From assembly GCA_965215275.1 (NCBI GenBank), contig OZ244044.1:224001-288000 (forward strand): a DNA stretch of 64,000 bases. Direction: 5' to 3'. Below, in pieces: positions 54,638 to 64,000 of the stretch. This DNA is from Thermodesulfobacteriota bacterium (GTDB taxonomy: Bacteria; Desulfobacterota_D; UBA1144; Nemesobacterales; JAJCZQ01). The notes under the pieces were generated by a model, which ran no database searches, had not been told where the DNA came from, and was given only the letters and a program-made list of their open reading frames with translations. The position numbers were made by a program, and so were the translations under genes. Each line of letters begins with the position of its first letter. Within the stretch, counting starts at the first letter, position 1.

Positions 54638-55099
54638 TTATTCTTCACCCACTATCTGAACGATAACCTCTCTGCTCCTTGACCTGTTGTCAAAGTCAAC
54701 GAATATGATCTGCTGCCATGTTCCGATGGTCAGTCTTGAAGACCTGAATGGGACCGACAGTGAAGGTCCGAGCAGTGACGCCCTTATATGTGAGTGACCA
54801 TTTCCGTCTCCCCACCTCGCGTTATGAGCATAGAAACCATCTTCCGGCACCAGCTTTGAAAACGTTTCCTTCAGGTCATTTACCGCACCACTTTCATACT
54901 CTATCGTAGTGATACCAGCGGTAGAACCTTTGGCAAATACCGTGACGGTCCCTGAACTGATCGGCGATCCTTCTACTGCCTGCTCTACCTCTTTCGTTAT
55001 ATCCAGTACATCGCAGTTACCATCCGTTGAAAGCTCGATCGTTTTAGTTTCAACCATCATTGATCTCTCCTCAAAATCGATTGCCTTTGAACTATACAC
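54638..55099 (-). CDS. YjbQ/UPF0047 family protein
   Basis: GSTAGITTIE, DGNGHSHIRASL, GTWQQI..DFD. Confidence 0.9.
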   Translation of the reverse strand: MYSSKAIDFEERSMMVETKTIELSTDGNCDVLDITKEVEQAVEGSPISSGTVTVFAKGSTAGITTIEYESGAVNDLKETFSKLVPEDGFYAHNARWGDGNGHSHIRASLLGPSLSVPFRSSRLTIGTWQQIIFVDFDNRSRSREVIVQIVGEE

Positions 55100-55188
55100 T
55101 ACACGTGACGTTTTTATACATTTTACAATTCACTCGGTAAACTAATGTCAAACGAAGGTAAAACGATCAACAAGGAGTTAAGACCCAA

Positions 55189-56262
55189 ATGGACAAGATA
55201 GAAAAACTACTGAAAGAGCTGACAGAAACAGATGGAGCCACCGGCTACGAAAATGAGATAAGAAAAGTCCTTGAAAAACGACTGAAAGACCTGGGACAGG
55301 TAAGCAGAGACAACATGGGAAGCCTTATCTGCAAGGTTCCAAGTTCTTCTGCTGGTCCGAAGGTCATGCTCGCCAGTCACATGGACGAAATAGGGTTCAT
55401 GGTCAAGCATATAAGCAGTGAAGGCTATATAAAGTTTACGGCACTCGGAGGATGGTGGGACCAAGTACTGTTGACCCAGAGGGTGAAGATAAAAACCGGC
55501 AAGGGAGACGTAACAGGAGTTATTGGTGCAAAACCTCCACACCTGATCCCTCATGAAGAAAGAACAAAAACAGTTGTTAAAAACAACATGTACATAGACG
55601 TGGGTGCAACTTCAGACAAGGAAGTTGAAAGAGCTGGGATCAGAATAGGCGACCCTGTAACCCCCTACAGTGAATTCACGAGGCTTTCGATCCCGAAAAC
55701 CTATATGGCAAAGGCCTTTGACGACAGGATCGGCTGTGCAGTCCTCTTATCCGTGCTGGAAAAAGCCAAAAAACAGAAAAATCCAAACACTATCTACGGT
55801 GCCGCCACGGTTCAGGAAGAGGTCGGAGTAAGGGGAGCAACAACGAGCGTTGAACTCGTAGACCCGGACGTAGCTATCATACTTGAATCTGATATTGCAG
55901 GTGATGTGCCCGGTATTAAGCCAGAGGAATCATCTACGAAACTGGGAAAAGGTCCTTCCATCCTGATGTATGATTCCCGTATGATACCAAATTTGAAACT
56001 CAGGGACATGGTGATCGATACGGCAAAAAAGAAAAACATTCCACTGCAGTTCAATGCAATGGAAGGCGGTGCCACGGACGGTTCCATAATACATATTCAT
56101 AAGTACGGGGTTCCCACGGTCGTGATCGGAGTTCCAACTCGTCACATACACAGTCACAACTCCATAGTGAAAAGAGTTGATCTGGATAACACGACCGACC
56201 TTGTATTATCGGTTGTGAATAAATTAAACAGCCATGCAGTGTCTGACCTTGTTAAGGATTAA
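55189..56262 (+). CDS. M42 family aminopeptidase
   Basis: HMDEIG, KAFDDRIG, QEEVG, TDG, RHIHSH. Confidence 0.92.
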   Translation: MDKIEKLLKELTETDGATGYENEIRKVLEKRLKDLGQVSRDNMGSLICKVPSSSAGPKVMLASHMDEIGFMVKHISSEGYIKFTALGGWWDQVLLTQRVKIKTGKGDVTGVIGAKPPHLIPHEERTKTVVKNNMYIDVGATSDKEVERAGIRIGDPVTPYSEFTRLSIPKTYMAKAFDDRIGCAVLLSVLEKAKKQKNPNTIYGAATVQEEVGVRGATTSVELVDPDVAIILESDIAGDVPGIKPEESSTKLGKGPSILMYDSRMIPNLKLRDMVIDTAKKKNIPLQFNAMEGGATDGSIIHIHKYGVPTVVIGVPTRHIHSHNSIVKRVDLDNTTDLVLSVVNKLNSHAVSDLVKD

Positions 56263-56352
56263 CACATTTAATGGGTCAAACAACAATTTGAAGAACAACT
56301 TGACTCAGCAGGAGTAAGAATGCTAATATGCATATGTGTAAGGAGGTAATGT

Positions 56353-56610
56353 ATGCTAAGCAAATTGAGAAATTTTAGTACATTAATCCTCAGTTTATTA
56401 ACTTCCGCCAAATCGGTTTGGGATATTTCCGGGAGGTCAACAACTGAATTAAACTATGATTTACTTCAACTTGATGATGTGAAAGCCCTGCAGCAGGATT
56501 GGCAAACAATAGGAGATGATATGAGAGAAGCCTTCCGCTGTATGGATAATGAATTATCCTCCAATCCTGACTTGAAGAAAAAGATTATTCGAAAAATCAT
56601 AGAGAAATAA
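56353..56610 (+). CDS. Small hypothetical protein
   Basis: SD AGGAGG; upstream TTGACT-18 nt-TAATAT; D..AL..DW..IGDD motif. Confidence 0.65.
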   Translation: MLSKLRNFSTLILSLLTSAKSVWDISGRSTTELNYDLLQLDDVKALQQDWQTIGDDMREAFRCMDNELSSNPDLKKKIIRKIIEK

Positions 56611-56639
56611 AAAACACCTTCCTCTTCTTTAACAACTTA

Positions 56640-57022
56640 TTATCTCCTGACCCTATCCTGTGCCAACAAATGAGTGGTCATATATTTATAATTTCCCCTT
56701 TTTAAACAGCAAAATATATTCGTGTTTTAACCTCTTTCCCTCTTGCTCCATCAATATACTCACCTACTACATGATCAACTGTTTTGTGCTTATATCCTTT
56801 ATTATTCAGCCCACTATATCTTAAATTCTGATCTGTTTAAACTGTTGACCCGTCTGTAACTGTCTCTTTAATCATTTACAGATTCAATTACCTTTGCTTT
56901 AACTTTTTTATCTACCCTTGACTTAATATTTGCTAAGGTAGATTTAGTTTTAGTGCTTCTACCTTGTGTTCCTTCTATCAAGTGATTCTTTGATCTTTTG
57001 AGTAATTAAGTATATAGTCCCC
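56640..57022 (-). mobile_element. IS1595-family transposase remnant with putative terminal repeat
   Basis: Hand translation GTQGRSTKTK ... GSTV*TDQNLRYSGL..KGYKHKTVDHVVGEYIDG; end motif GGGGACTATATACT at 57022-57009. Confidence 0.8.
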
Positions 57023-57126
57023 TGATATTATATAGGAGATCATACCGATAAGTTGATAACAGAATATTATGACAAAGTAATACACTTTGATAGTATTTTG
57101 ACTTTCAGTATCGTTAATTTTAGTGT

Positions 57127-57891
57127 ATGAACGATAAATACACGCTTATTAATAGCAACTGTTTTGAATATCTTCAAAAAATCGAAGAAAACTCAATTGA
57201 CTGCATAATAACAGACCCACCGTACTTTCTTTCAAACGATGGAATTACATGTAAGAGCGGTAAGATGGTTTCTGTCAATAAGGGAAAATGGGATAAAAGA
57301 AAGGATTATGATGAAATTTACTCATTTAATCTTAATTGGATAGAAGAAAGTTACAGGATTCTGAAACCAGGTGGAACTTTATGGGTTAGTGGAACTTACC
57401 ACAATATATACACTATAGGTTCAATCATTGATAGTATAGAGGACTTTAGGATACTCAATAATATAACTTGGGTAAAAACCTCACCTCCCCCAAATCTCTC
57501 TTGTAGATTTTTTACTCACTCAACAGAAACAATTTTGTGGGTTAGAAAGGGTAAAAAAACAAAACATTATTTCAATTATGATTTGATGAAGGAGTTGAAT
57601 AAAGGAAAACAGATGAAAGATGTTTGGATAGTTGGCAGCCCTAAAAAAACAGAAAAAGATTTAGGAAAGCACCCAACACAAAAACCTGAGGAATTGATAG
57701 AAAGAATAATTCTATCCTCTACACAAGAAAATGATTTAGTTCTTGATATGTTTAATGGAAGTGGAACTACTGGTGTTGTTAGTATTAGAAATAATAGAAG
57801 ATATCTTGGTATAGAATTGGATGAAGAATATTATCAACTTTCAAAACAAAGGTTAGAAAGAGAAACAAGTGAATCAAGATTAGATGTTTGA
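57127..57891 (+). CDS. dpnA: DpnA-like (M2.DpnII) beta-class adenine methyltransferase
   Basis: DPPYFLSNDG, SVNKGKWD, PPPNLSCRFFTHSTE, KHPTQKP, FNGSGTT. Confidence 0.88.
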   Translation: MNDKYTLINSNCFEYLQKIEENSIDCIITDPPYFLSNDGITCKSGKMVSVNKGKWDKRKDYDEIYSFNLNWIEESYRILKPGGTLWVSGTYHNIYTIGSIIDSIEDFRILNNITWVKTSPPPNLSCRFFTHSTETILWVRKGKKTKHYFNYDLMKELNKGKQMKDVWIVGSPKKTEKDLGKHPTQKPEELIERIILSSTQENDLVLDMFNGSGTTGVVSIRNNRRYLGIELDEEYYQLSKQRLERETSESRLDV

Positions 57892-57909
57892 TTCCTTTGG
57901 AAATTCTAA

Positions 57910-58559
57910 TGTCAGACCTGTACTAAAATGAGTTGATAGTAAAAGAGGACTTATACATGATATAAATAAAGTACTACAAAACCCAAAAAGTATGTAGAAC
58001 CCTTTTTTGGTGGTGGTTTGGTTTATTTTTAAACACTTGGGGTTAAATACAAAAATAGATCAATTATTAATAACGTAAACAAAGATTTAGTAGATTTATA
58101 TAGAAATATAAAAACTTCTCCAATTCTTCTTAACCGCACTTATTTTAATGGATTATATAGAGTTAATAGTAAAGGGTATGTGAATATCCCTAAAGGAAAT
58201 TATAAAAACCCAAGAATAGTTGAAAACATAAAAAATACTGAATTTGATAGTATCCTTGAAATAGGAAACTTGGTTTATTTTGACCTTCCCTATCACCCTT
58301 TAAATGAAACATCATCATTCACTTCATATAGTAGTTCTTTCGGAAAAGGAGAACAGATTAGGTTGAGAAATTATTTTGAATAACTTAACAATAAAGGAGT
58401 TTATGTAATATTATCTAATTACTCTTTACCCTTTATAAGAGAAATTTACAATGAGTTTAATGTAGTGAAAATTTATTTATAATAGGAACATAAGCAATAA
58501 ATCCGGCAAAAGAGGAAAAGTACAGGAGTATCTCGTAGTTGGAAACCAAATAAAAATAA
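57910..58559 (+). pseudogene. dpnM: Dam/DpnM-like (M1.DpnII) methyltransferase pseudogene
   Basis: RPVLK*VDSK, YVEPFFGGG, FLNRTYFNGLYRVNSKG, VYFDLPY (DPPY decayed); multiple stops, frameshifts and deletions. Confidence 0.88.
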
Positions 58560-58560
58560 C

Positions 58561-59484
58561 ATGAAGCAATTAAAGTTTTATTTTGAAAGAGGATTGCATA
58601 ATCCAAGTGAGGTTTTTAACTATTTTGTTGAAAATATTTTACCTATTAATAGAACTTGGGACTATTTTATCAATTGGGATAAAGTATTTTCAAATATTTG
58701 TAAATACAAGATTGAACTAAACATTTTAAACTCGCTATGTGGTTCCGAAAATTTCGACGAAGAGTTAAAGTATATACTAAAAAATTATCCTGAGGTTATT
58801 AAAGTTTTCCCAACTCTTCTTGGAGTTAGAGAAAGAAAAATTGATGTTTTAGATGATAGTGTTTTATCTGAATTTAACTTTAAGGAGTCTAACTTTAAAG
58901 AATTTGATTTTAGAAAAACCAATTTATTCAATTCCGATTTAGAAAACCTAATTGTTTTTTTTGAGGAAAGTGGCTTAAAAAACTTAGTCATAAAAGGTGG
59001 CTTAACAAATATTAAAGATTATACATATGGGGTAGAAGTTGGTTTGGATACTAATGGTAGGAAGAATAGAAGTGGTTCGATAATGGAAAACCTCGTTAAT
59101 GATTTACTACGGAAGGTATATAATTTAGATGAAAATAATTATATTACTCAATGCACTTCATTAAAAACTAAAAAGAAATGGAGGTTAGAATTACCAGTTG
59201 ATAAATCTTCAAGAAAACCAGACTTTGTGGTTAATAGAAACAACAAACTTTACTGGATTGAAACTAATTTTTATTCTGGAGGAGGGTCTAAATTAAACGC
59301 AGTTTGTGGAAACCATAAATCATTATTTGACTTTTGTAAATCTAATGGCGTTGAATTTATTTGGATTACTGATGGTGAAGGATGGAAAACTACATTGACT
59401 ACTCTTGAAGAAACATTTTTACATAATGATTATATTTTTAACTTAAGTATGATTAAGGATGGTGTTTTAAATTCGATTTGGTAA
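58561..59484 (+). CDS. dpnB: DpnII-family restriction endonuclease
   Basis: GVEVGLDTNGRKNRSG, PDFVV, IETNFYSGGGSKL, FIWITDGEGW. Confidence 0.9.
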   Translation: MKQLKFYFERGLHNPSEVFNYFVENILPINRTWDYFINWDKVFSNICKYKIELNILNSLCGSENFDEELKYILKNYPEVIKVFPTLLGVRERKIDVLDDSVLSEFNFKESNFKEFDFRKTNLFNSDLENLIVFFEESGLKNLVIKGGLTNIKDYTYGVEVGLDTNGRKNRSGSIMENLVNDLLRKVYNLDENNYITQCTSLKTKKKWRLELPVDKSSRKPDFVVNRNNKLYWIETNFYSGGGSKLNAVCGNHKSLFDFCKSNGVEFIWITDGEGWKTTLTTLEETFLHNDYIFNLSMIKDGVLNSIW

Positions 59485-59528
59485 GTCAGTATAGTTCAAT
59501 ATCAGTTTAAAAAACCTGTTTTACAAGT

Positions 59529-59605
59529 CGGGATGTGGCGCAGTCTGGTAGCGCACTCGTCTGGGGGGCGAGCGGTCGCTGGTTCAAATCCAGTCATCCC
59601 GACCA
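59529..59605 (+). tRNA. tRNA-Pro(GGG)
   Basis: CGGGATGTGGCGCAGTCTGGTAGCGCACTCGTCT-GGG-GGGCGAG...GTTCAAATCC...CCCGACCA. Confidence 0.95.
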
Positions 59606-59771
59606 TTCATTTTTGGCAAAAACTCCCAACTTTAAAAATGGGAATTATATACTATTTGCCCCAAATTAAATAATTTATAATCATGGAATAAATTGGTAAT
59701 TGAACTTATGTTTATGAGTGATTTAACTTGTTTTTTTACAACCAAATTCTTAGCGTTTTTTTTCAAATCGA

Positions 59772-61151
59772 CTACCAGACTTCTTTAATTCTTTCTTTAA
59801 ATTCGTAGTTGTTTTTCAGTATTGCGTCAATTCTTGACTTATCAATATCAAGTCGCTGTAGAAGATGCAATTTAAATATGGCTTTCATTTGGTATATATA
59901 GTATAACAAATCTTTACCTTTAGCTGCTTTTTCTTCTAGAGATTTGTCATAATGTATAAGGTAATTTCTTGTATCTACAATTTTGCTAATAAGTTCATTT
60001 CGTTCCTTACTGTTTCCAAACTTATCTTTATACGGTTCAATAATTCTGTTAATTCTTGTACGCAAGCTAATTTCATTAGCATAACACAGACTATCTTTTA
60101 ACCATTTTTTATGTTGGTCAGGACAATTTGACAACAATTCATATAAGAGGTTTTTAAACTCACATTCACTCATCTTTGTCTTCTTTGTCTCATCCGAAGT
60201 TCGACGATGATATATTTCTAATGCGTGAACCAAAGCCAGAAATTTACCTTCCAAATATCTATAACTTTCAGTTACAACAGAAAGATAGAGATTGATAGAA
60301 GGCCTTATCTCCACATATGCATCAAACCACTTATTTAAAATTCCTTCCATATCATCCTTAATATCACCAAATCCAAACAACGCCTTCCTCGGGTCAATTT
60401 CCGGGCGATTTGGAGAAAATGGCAAACTTTTATAATATATATGAATAGGGTTTGTCCCTTTTTGTCTCTCTAATGTGGCAGATACATCACTAATTGTCAC
60501 TGTTTTATCAATAGTAAAACACAATAAGTAAGTAATTTTATAAATTATTTCTCTGAAATCTTGGAATTCTCTTTCTTTAGTAGATGATAATTTTATATAC
60601 GCTTTTCGTATAGTCTTGGTTTCTACAGTTACAGTATGTGAAAAACTTGGTGGTGTATAGCTAAAACCTATATGTAATTTGAAACCGTCCATTAATTCAT
60701 ATTCTATGTTAGTCGTAGTTTTCTGGTCATCGCTGTGGATAAAATTAATGCCATTTTTTCCAAGCCAATCATCTAAACCTTCTACGGAAAACATCACGGA
60801 ATTGAATTTAACTGACTCATTTTGCTCATATATAAAACCACAAAATGCTTTGTCTACATGGACTAATGACTTGAAAGGAATACTATCTGGTCCTATTTGA
60901 GGAATATCAGTACAATCTTCTAATGTTATAGGTTCATCTTTCTCCACTTGACCAACGACCCTGTAAATATTAGTATTTTCTAGACCCCATCTTTTACCTA
61001 AACTAACAGCTATATCTTCATCAAGCAGACCCATGAGTTCTAGTTCAATTTTCCCTCCATCGTATATTCTTAGAGTTCCAGGAATTTTACGGTCAGAATT
61101 TTCAGGAAGCCAAAAGTAGCCATCCCTTTCATATTTTTCATTTATTCTCAC
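59772..61151 (-). CDS. ApeA-like protein (N-terminal domain plus HEPN)
   Basis: N-terminal GYFWLP...IPGTL; C-terminal FLALVHALE..HR and RNYLIH (Rx4H HEPN motif). Confidence 0.78.
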   Translation of the reverse strand: MRINEKYERDGYFWLPENSDRKIPGTLRIYDGGKIELELMGLLDEDIAVSLGKRWGLENTNIYRVVGQVEKDEPITLEDCTDIPQIGPDSIPFKSLVHVDKAFCGFIYEQNESVKFNSVMFSVEGLDDWLGKNGINFIHSDDQKTTTNIEYELMDGFKLHIGFSYTPPSFSHTVTVETKTIRKAYIKLSSTKEREFQDFREIIYKITYLLCFTIDKTVTISDVSATLERQKGTNPIHIYYKSLPFSPNRPEIDPRKALFGFGDIKDDMEGILNKWFDAYVEIRPSINLYLSVVTESYRYLEGKFLALVHALEIYHRRTSDETKKTKMSECEFKNLLYELLSNCPDQHKKWLKDSLCYANEISLRTRINRIIEPYKDKFGNSKERNELISKIVDTRNYLIHYDKSLEEKAAKGKDLLYYIYQMKAIFKLHLLQRLDIDKSRIDAILKNNYEFKERIKEVW

Positions 61152-61520
61152 AATACTCTCTCCTCACGTGTAAATCTCATCCGTTCTGATTTGCTTGCTC
61201 AGCAAGTTTTGTATCCATGTTATCTTTTATTTACTTTTTATGTTCTTTAAGAATATCCAAACCTTTTAGCATTTTTTCTCCTTGATACTTATTTCACTCT
61301 TAATAATATATACATTGTATTGTAATGTCTTATCTTTCTCTTTATTTCAAAGGGGTTAGATGATATAATATATTGTATTACTAATATTGAATGTATTTTT
61401 AAAAAGTTTTTTTAGAATTGCTTACTAGACAAAACATCAGTCCGACCATATAAATCATAATACTATTAAGTCTCATAGTGTATTTATAAAAACCAAATAA
61501 AGTGATGCCTGAGATGAACA

Positions 61521-61548
61521 TTGATTAAAGCACCTGCTGAATTATAAT
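61521..61548 (+). promoter_or_regulatory. Putative sigma70 promoter of lepA
   Basis: TTGATT-16 nt-TATAAT, with the ATG 11 nt downstream and no SD. Confidence 0.45.
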
Positions 61549-61559
61549 CTTCCCTACTG

Positions 61560-63353
61560 ATGGAATTAAACTACATTCGTAACTTCTCTATTATTGCACA
61601 CGTTGATCATGGAAAGTCCACTTTAGCCGACAGGATCCTTGAATATACCGGGACGGTTTCCGAAAGAGACAAAACCGCACAGTTCCTTGACAACATGGAT
61701 CTGGAACGAGAAAGAGGGATCACTATAAAGGCCCAGGCGGTAAGGATCAATTATAAAGCCGAAGATGGAAACACGTATGAATTCAACCTGATAGATACTC
61801 CTGGGCATGTGGATTTCAGCTATGAGGTCTCAAGGAGCCTGATTGCATGTGAAGGTGCTCTGCTGGTAGTTGATGCAACTCAGGGAGTTGAAGCACAAAC
61901 ATTAGCTAATTCCTACCTTGCTGCTGACGCGGGACTGGAGCTTATACCAGTGATAAATAAAATAGACCTTCCCGCAGCAGAACCGGAAAAAGTAAAGGAA
62001 GAAATTGAAAATATAGTGGGAATCGACACTACGGACGTTGTTTACGCAAGTGCCAAGGAAGGACTTGGAACAAAGGACATACTTGAAGCTATCGTAAAGG
62101 TCGTTCCTCCTCCTGTATCAGATAACTATAACGAACTAAAAGCCCTTATCTTTGACAGCTGGTTCGATTCTTACCAGGGCGTGGTGATGTTAGTGAGGAT
62201 ATTTGAAGGGGAACTCAGGCTGGGTATGAAGATAAAACTAATGTCAACGGGTAAGGAGTATGAAGTTAAAACTGTCGGGACCTTCTCTCCCAGAGCGATA
62301 GAACTTGATAAATTAACAACTGGAGAAGTCGGTTTTGTCTCCGCTTCAATTAAAGAGGTCAGGGAAGCCAAGGTAGGAGATACGATAACCGGAGCTGCTG
62401 ATCCCACAAAGGAACCCCTTGAGGGGTTTAAAGTAATGAAACCTATGGTCTTCAGCGGATTATATCCCATAGACCCTGGCGATTATACAAAGCTGAGGGA
62501 AGCACTGGAGAAGCTTTGGTTGAACGATTCATCCCTTGTATTTGAACCTGAGACGTCAACTGCACTTGGATTTGGCTTCAGGTGCGGTTTTTTGGGTTTG
62601 CTGCATATGGACATTATCAGGGAAAGAGTGGAGAGAGAATTTCAAGTCAGCTTAATTACAACTGCTCCGACGGTTATCTATAAAGCCATGTACAAAGATG
62701 GTTCAGTAGTCTATCTGGACAACCCAAGCCACCTTCCTTCAGGCGATAGGAATGCCACGGTGGAAGAACCTTATCTTCTGATCTCCATACACACGCCTAA
62801 AGAGTTCCTGGGACCTGTTTTTAAGCTGTGCGAGGAAAGGAGAGGTACTCAGAAAGATCTAAGGTACATAACGCAGGACAGAGTAATAGTTGAGTATGAA
62901 ATTCCACTTGCGGAAATAGTTTATGATTTTTACGACAGGCTTAAGTCGGTCTCAAAAGGATATGCCTCAATGGACTATGAACCGATCGGTTACAAAGGGG
63001 CAAACCTTGTCAGGCTGGACGTTTTAGTAAATGGTGAGCCCGTTGATGCACTTTCTCTTATTGTTCACAAAGACAACGCTTACTACAGAGGCAGGGAGTT
63101 AATTGAAAAGCTAAGGGCATTGATCCCAAGGCAGCTTTATGAAGTCGTTATACAGGCAGCGATCGGAAGTAAAATAATCGCAAGGGAATCCGTCAGACCT
63201 CTCAGGAAGGACGTCACCGCTAAATGTTACGGTGGGGACGTTACCAGAAAGAGAAAACTGCTTGAAAAACAAAGGGAAGGAAAAAAGAGAATGAAACAGG
63301 TCGGAAGCGTTGAAATACCACAGGAAGCTTTTCTTGCAGTATTAAAGACCTGA
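61560..63353 (+). CDS. lepA: Elongation factor 4
   Basis: [45 protein letters not shown]. Confidence 0.98.
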   Translation: MELNYIRNFSIIAHVDHGKSTLADRILEYTGTVSERDKTAQFLDNMDLERERGITIKAQAVRINYKAEDGNTYEFNLIDTPGHVDFSYEVSRSLIACEGALLVVDATQGVEAQTLANSYLAADAGLELIPVINKIDLPAAEPEKVKEEIENIVGIDTTDVVYASAKEGLGTKDILEAIVKVVPPPVSDNYNELKALIFDSWFDSYQGVVMLVRIFEGELRLGMKIKLMSTGKEYEVKTVGTFSPRAIELDKLTTGEVGFVSASIKEVREAKVGDTITGAADPTKEPLEGFKVMKPMVFSGLYPIDPGDYTKLREALEKLWLNDSSLVFEPETSTALGFGFRCGFLGLLHMDIIRERVEREFQVSLITTAPTVIYKAMYKDGSVVYLDNPSHLPSGDRNATVEEPYLLISIHTPKEFLGPVFKLCEERRGTQKDLRYITQDRVIVEYEIPLAEIVYDFYDRLKSVSKGYASMDYEPIGYKGANLVRLDVLVNGEPVDALSLIVHKDNAYYRGRELIEKLRALIPRQLYEVVIQAAIGSKIIARESVRPLRKDVTAKCYGGDVTRKRKLLEKQREGKKRMKQVGSVEIPQEAFLAVLKT

Positions 63354-63441
63354 ACATCGATCTTCTGAATTATTCAAGTAGCTGTGCTGATAGTTCCCGA
63401 ATCTTTTGAAAATTCTCTGATATGGACCACAGGGTCCGATA

Positions 63442-63906
63442 CTAAACCACTGCCTCACTTAAATACCTTACAACGTCGTCCTGGATCGAATCATCGACAA
63501 GGCTTTTCCATTCATCGTTACCTTCTGCGACCAGTTCTCTTATTCGGGTGGCGGAGATAAAACCTATGTTGTCCGGAGGGAAGAACTCATTCATCTCGTA
63601 TCCAACTCCCCTACCCCAGTTGACCGATTCTATATCGGGAATGGATATAACGATAACGTCGTCTCCTTTACTGTTATGGTATTTTTTGATCATATTAACC
63701 GTTTGTTCCGTCGTGAAAGGGTTTTTAGGGTCGGGTGGAATATCTCTCACCATTATAAGACACGGAACCCCTGCGTCCAGTTTCTGTCTGACAAGGCTTA
63801 TGTGTCCAAAATGATATGGCTGATACCTGCCTATAAATACAGCTCTTTTACTGTCTGATGGTTTGATATCCGTATGTCCGTGATTTTTAAATTCCCATTT
63901 TTCCAT
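63442..63906 (-). CDS. HxGH-superfamily nucleotidyltransferase (cytidyltransferase-like)
   Basis: FIGRYQPYHFGH, NPF, GRGVGY, ISATRIR. Confidence 0.8.
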   Translation of the reverse strand: MEKWEFKNHGHTDIKPSDSKRAVFIGRYQPYHFGHISLVRQKLDAGVPCLIMVRDIPPDPKNPFTTEQTVNMIKKYHNSKGDDVIVISIPDIESVNWGRGVGYEMNEFFPPDNIGFISATRIRELVAEGNDEWKSLVDDSIQDDVVRYLSEAVV

Positions 63907-64000
63907 TAAAACTCTCCTGCATTTATATAAGATTTTTGAAAAAGGATTCTTTTTATCTGAACCTGAAGATCAAGGGTCTGAATATACATACAGTATTTTC

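Noticed and set aside
58180..58383. 67-aa ORF as an independent gene
   Set aside because: Fragment of the dpnM pseudogene

Overview
Bacterial chromosomal segment, mostly housekeeping: mtaB (partial), mnmA, purL-purF, valS, the tRNA(Thr-Tyr-Gly-Thr)-tuf-tRNA(Trp)-secE-nusG-rplKAJL-rpoBC cluster, lysS-lolC/E-lolD-bamA-skp-fabZ, an ABC exporter pair, tkt-pgi-rpiA, an Aap-type amino-acid ABC importer, folM-folB-folK-hpt-yqeY-pepF, npdG, an M42 peptidase and lepA. The organism is a diderm with deltaproteobacteria-like gene order; a Ca. Dadabacteria-like lineage is my unverified guess. Several 1-3 kb AT-rich micro-islands interrupt the core: orphan lipoproteins, a possible HK97-fold protein, MTase and IS1595 remnants, a DpnII R-M cassette with a dead dpnM, and an ApeA-like HEPN gene after tRNA-Pro. 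The most striking observation is that RpoB carries an in-frame ribosomal protein L7/L12 C-terminal domain (aa ~141-214) in the beta1 hairpin, immediately before the IKE motif bound by CarD/Mfd. RpoB also has a duplicated N-terminal peptide. Two surface-protein genes are frameshifted at G/C homopolymers inside their signal-peptide coding regions (candidate phase variation); one is a subtilase whose catalytic His is replaced by Arg. All calls are by-eye motif recognition; no database searches were run.
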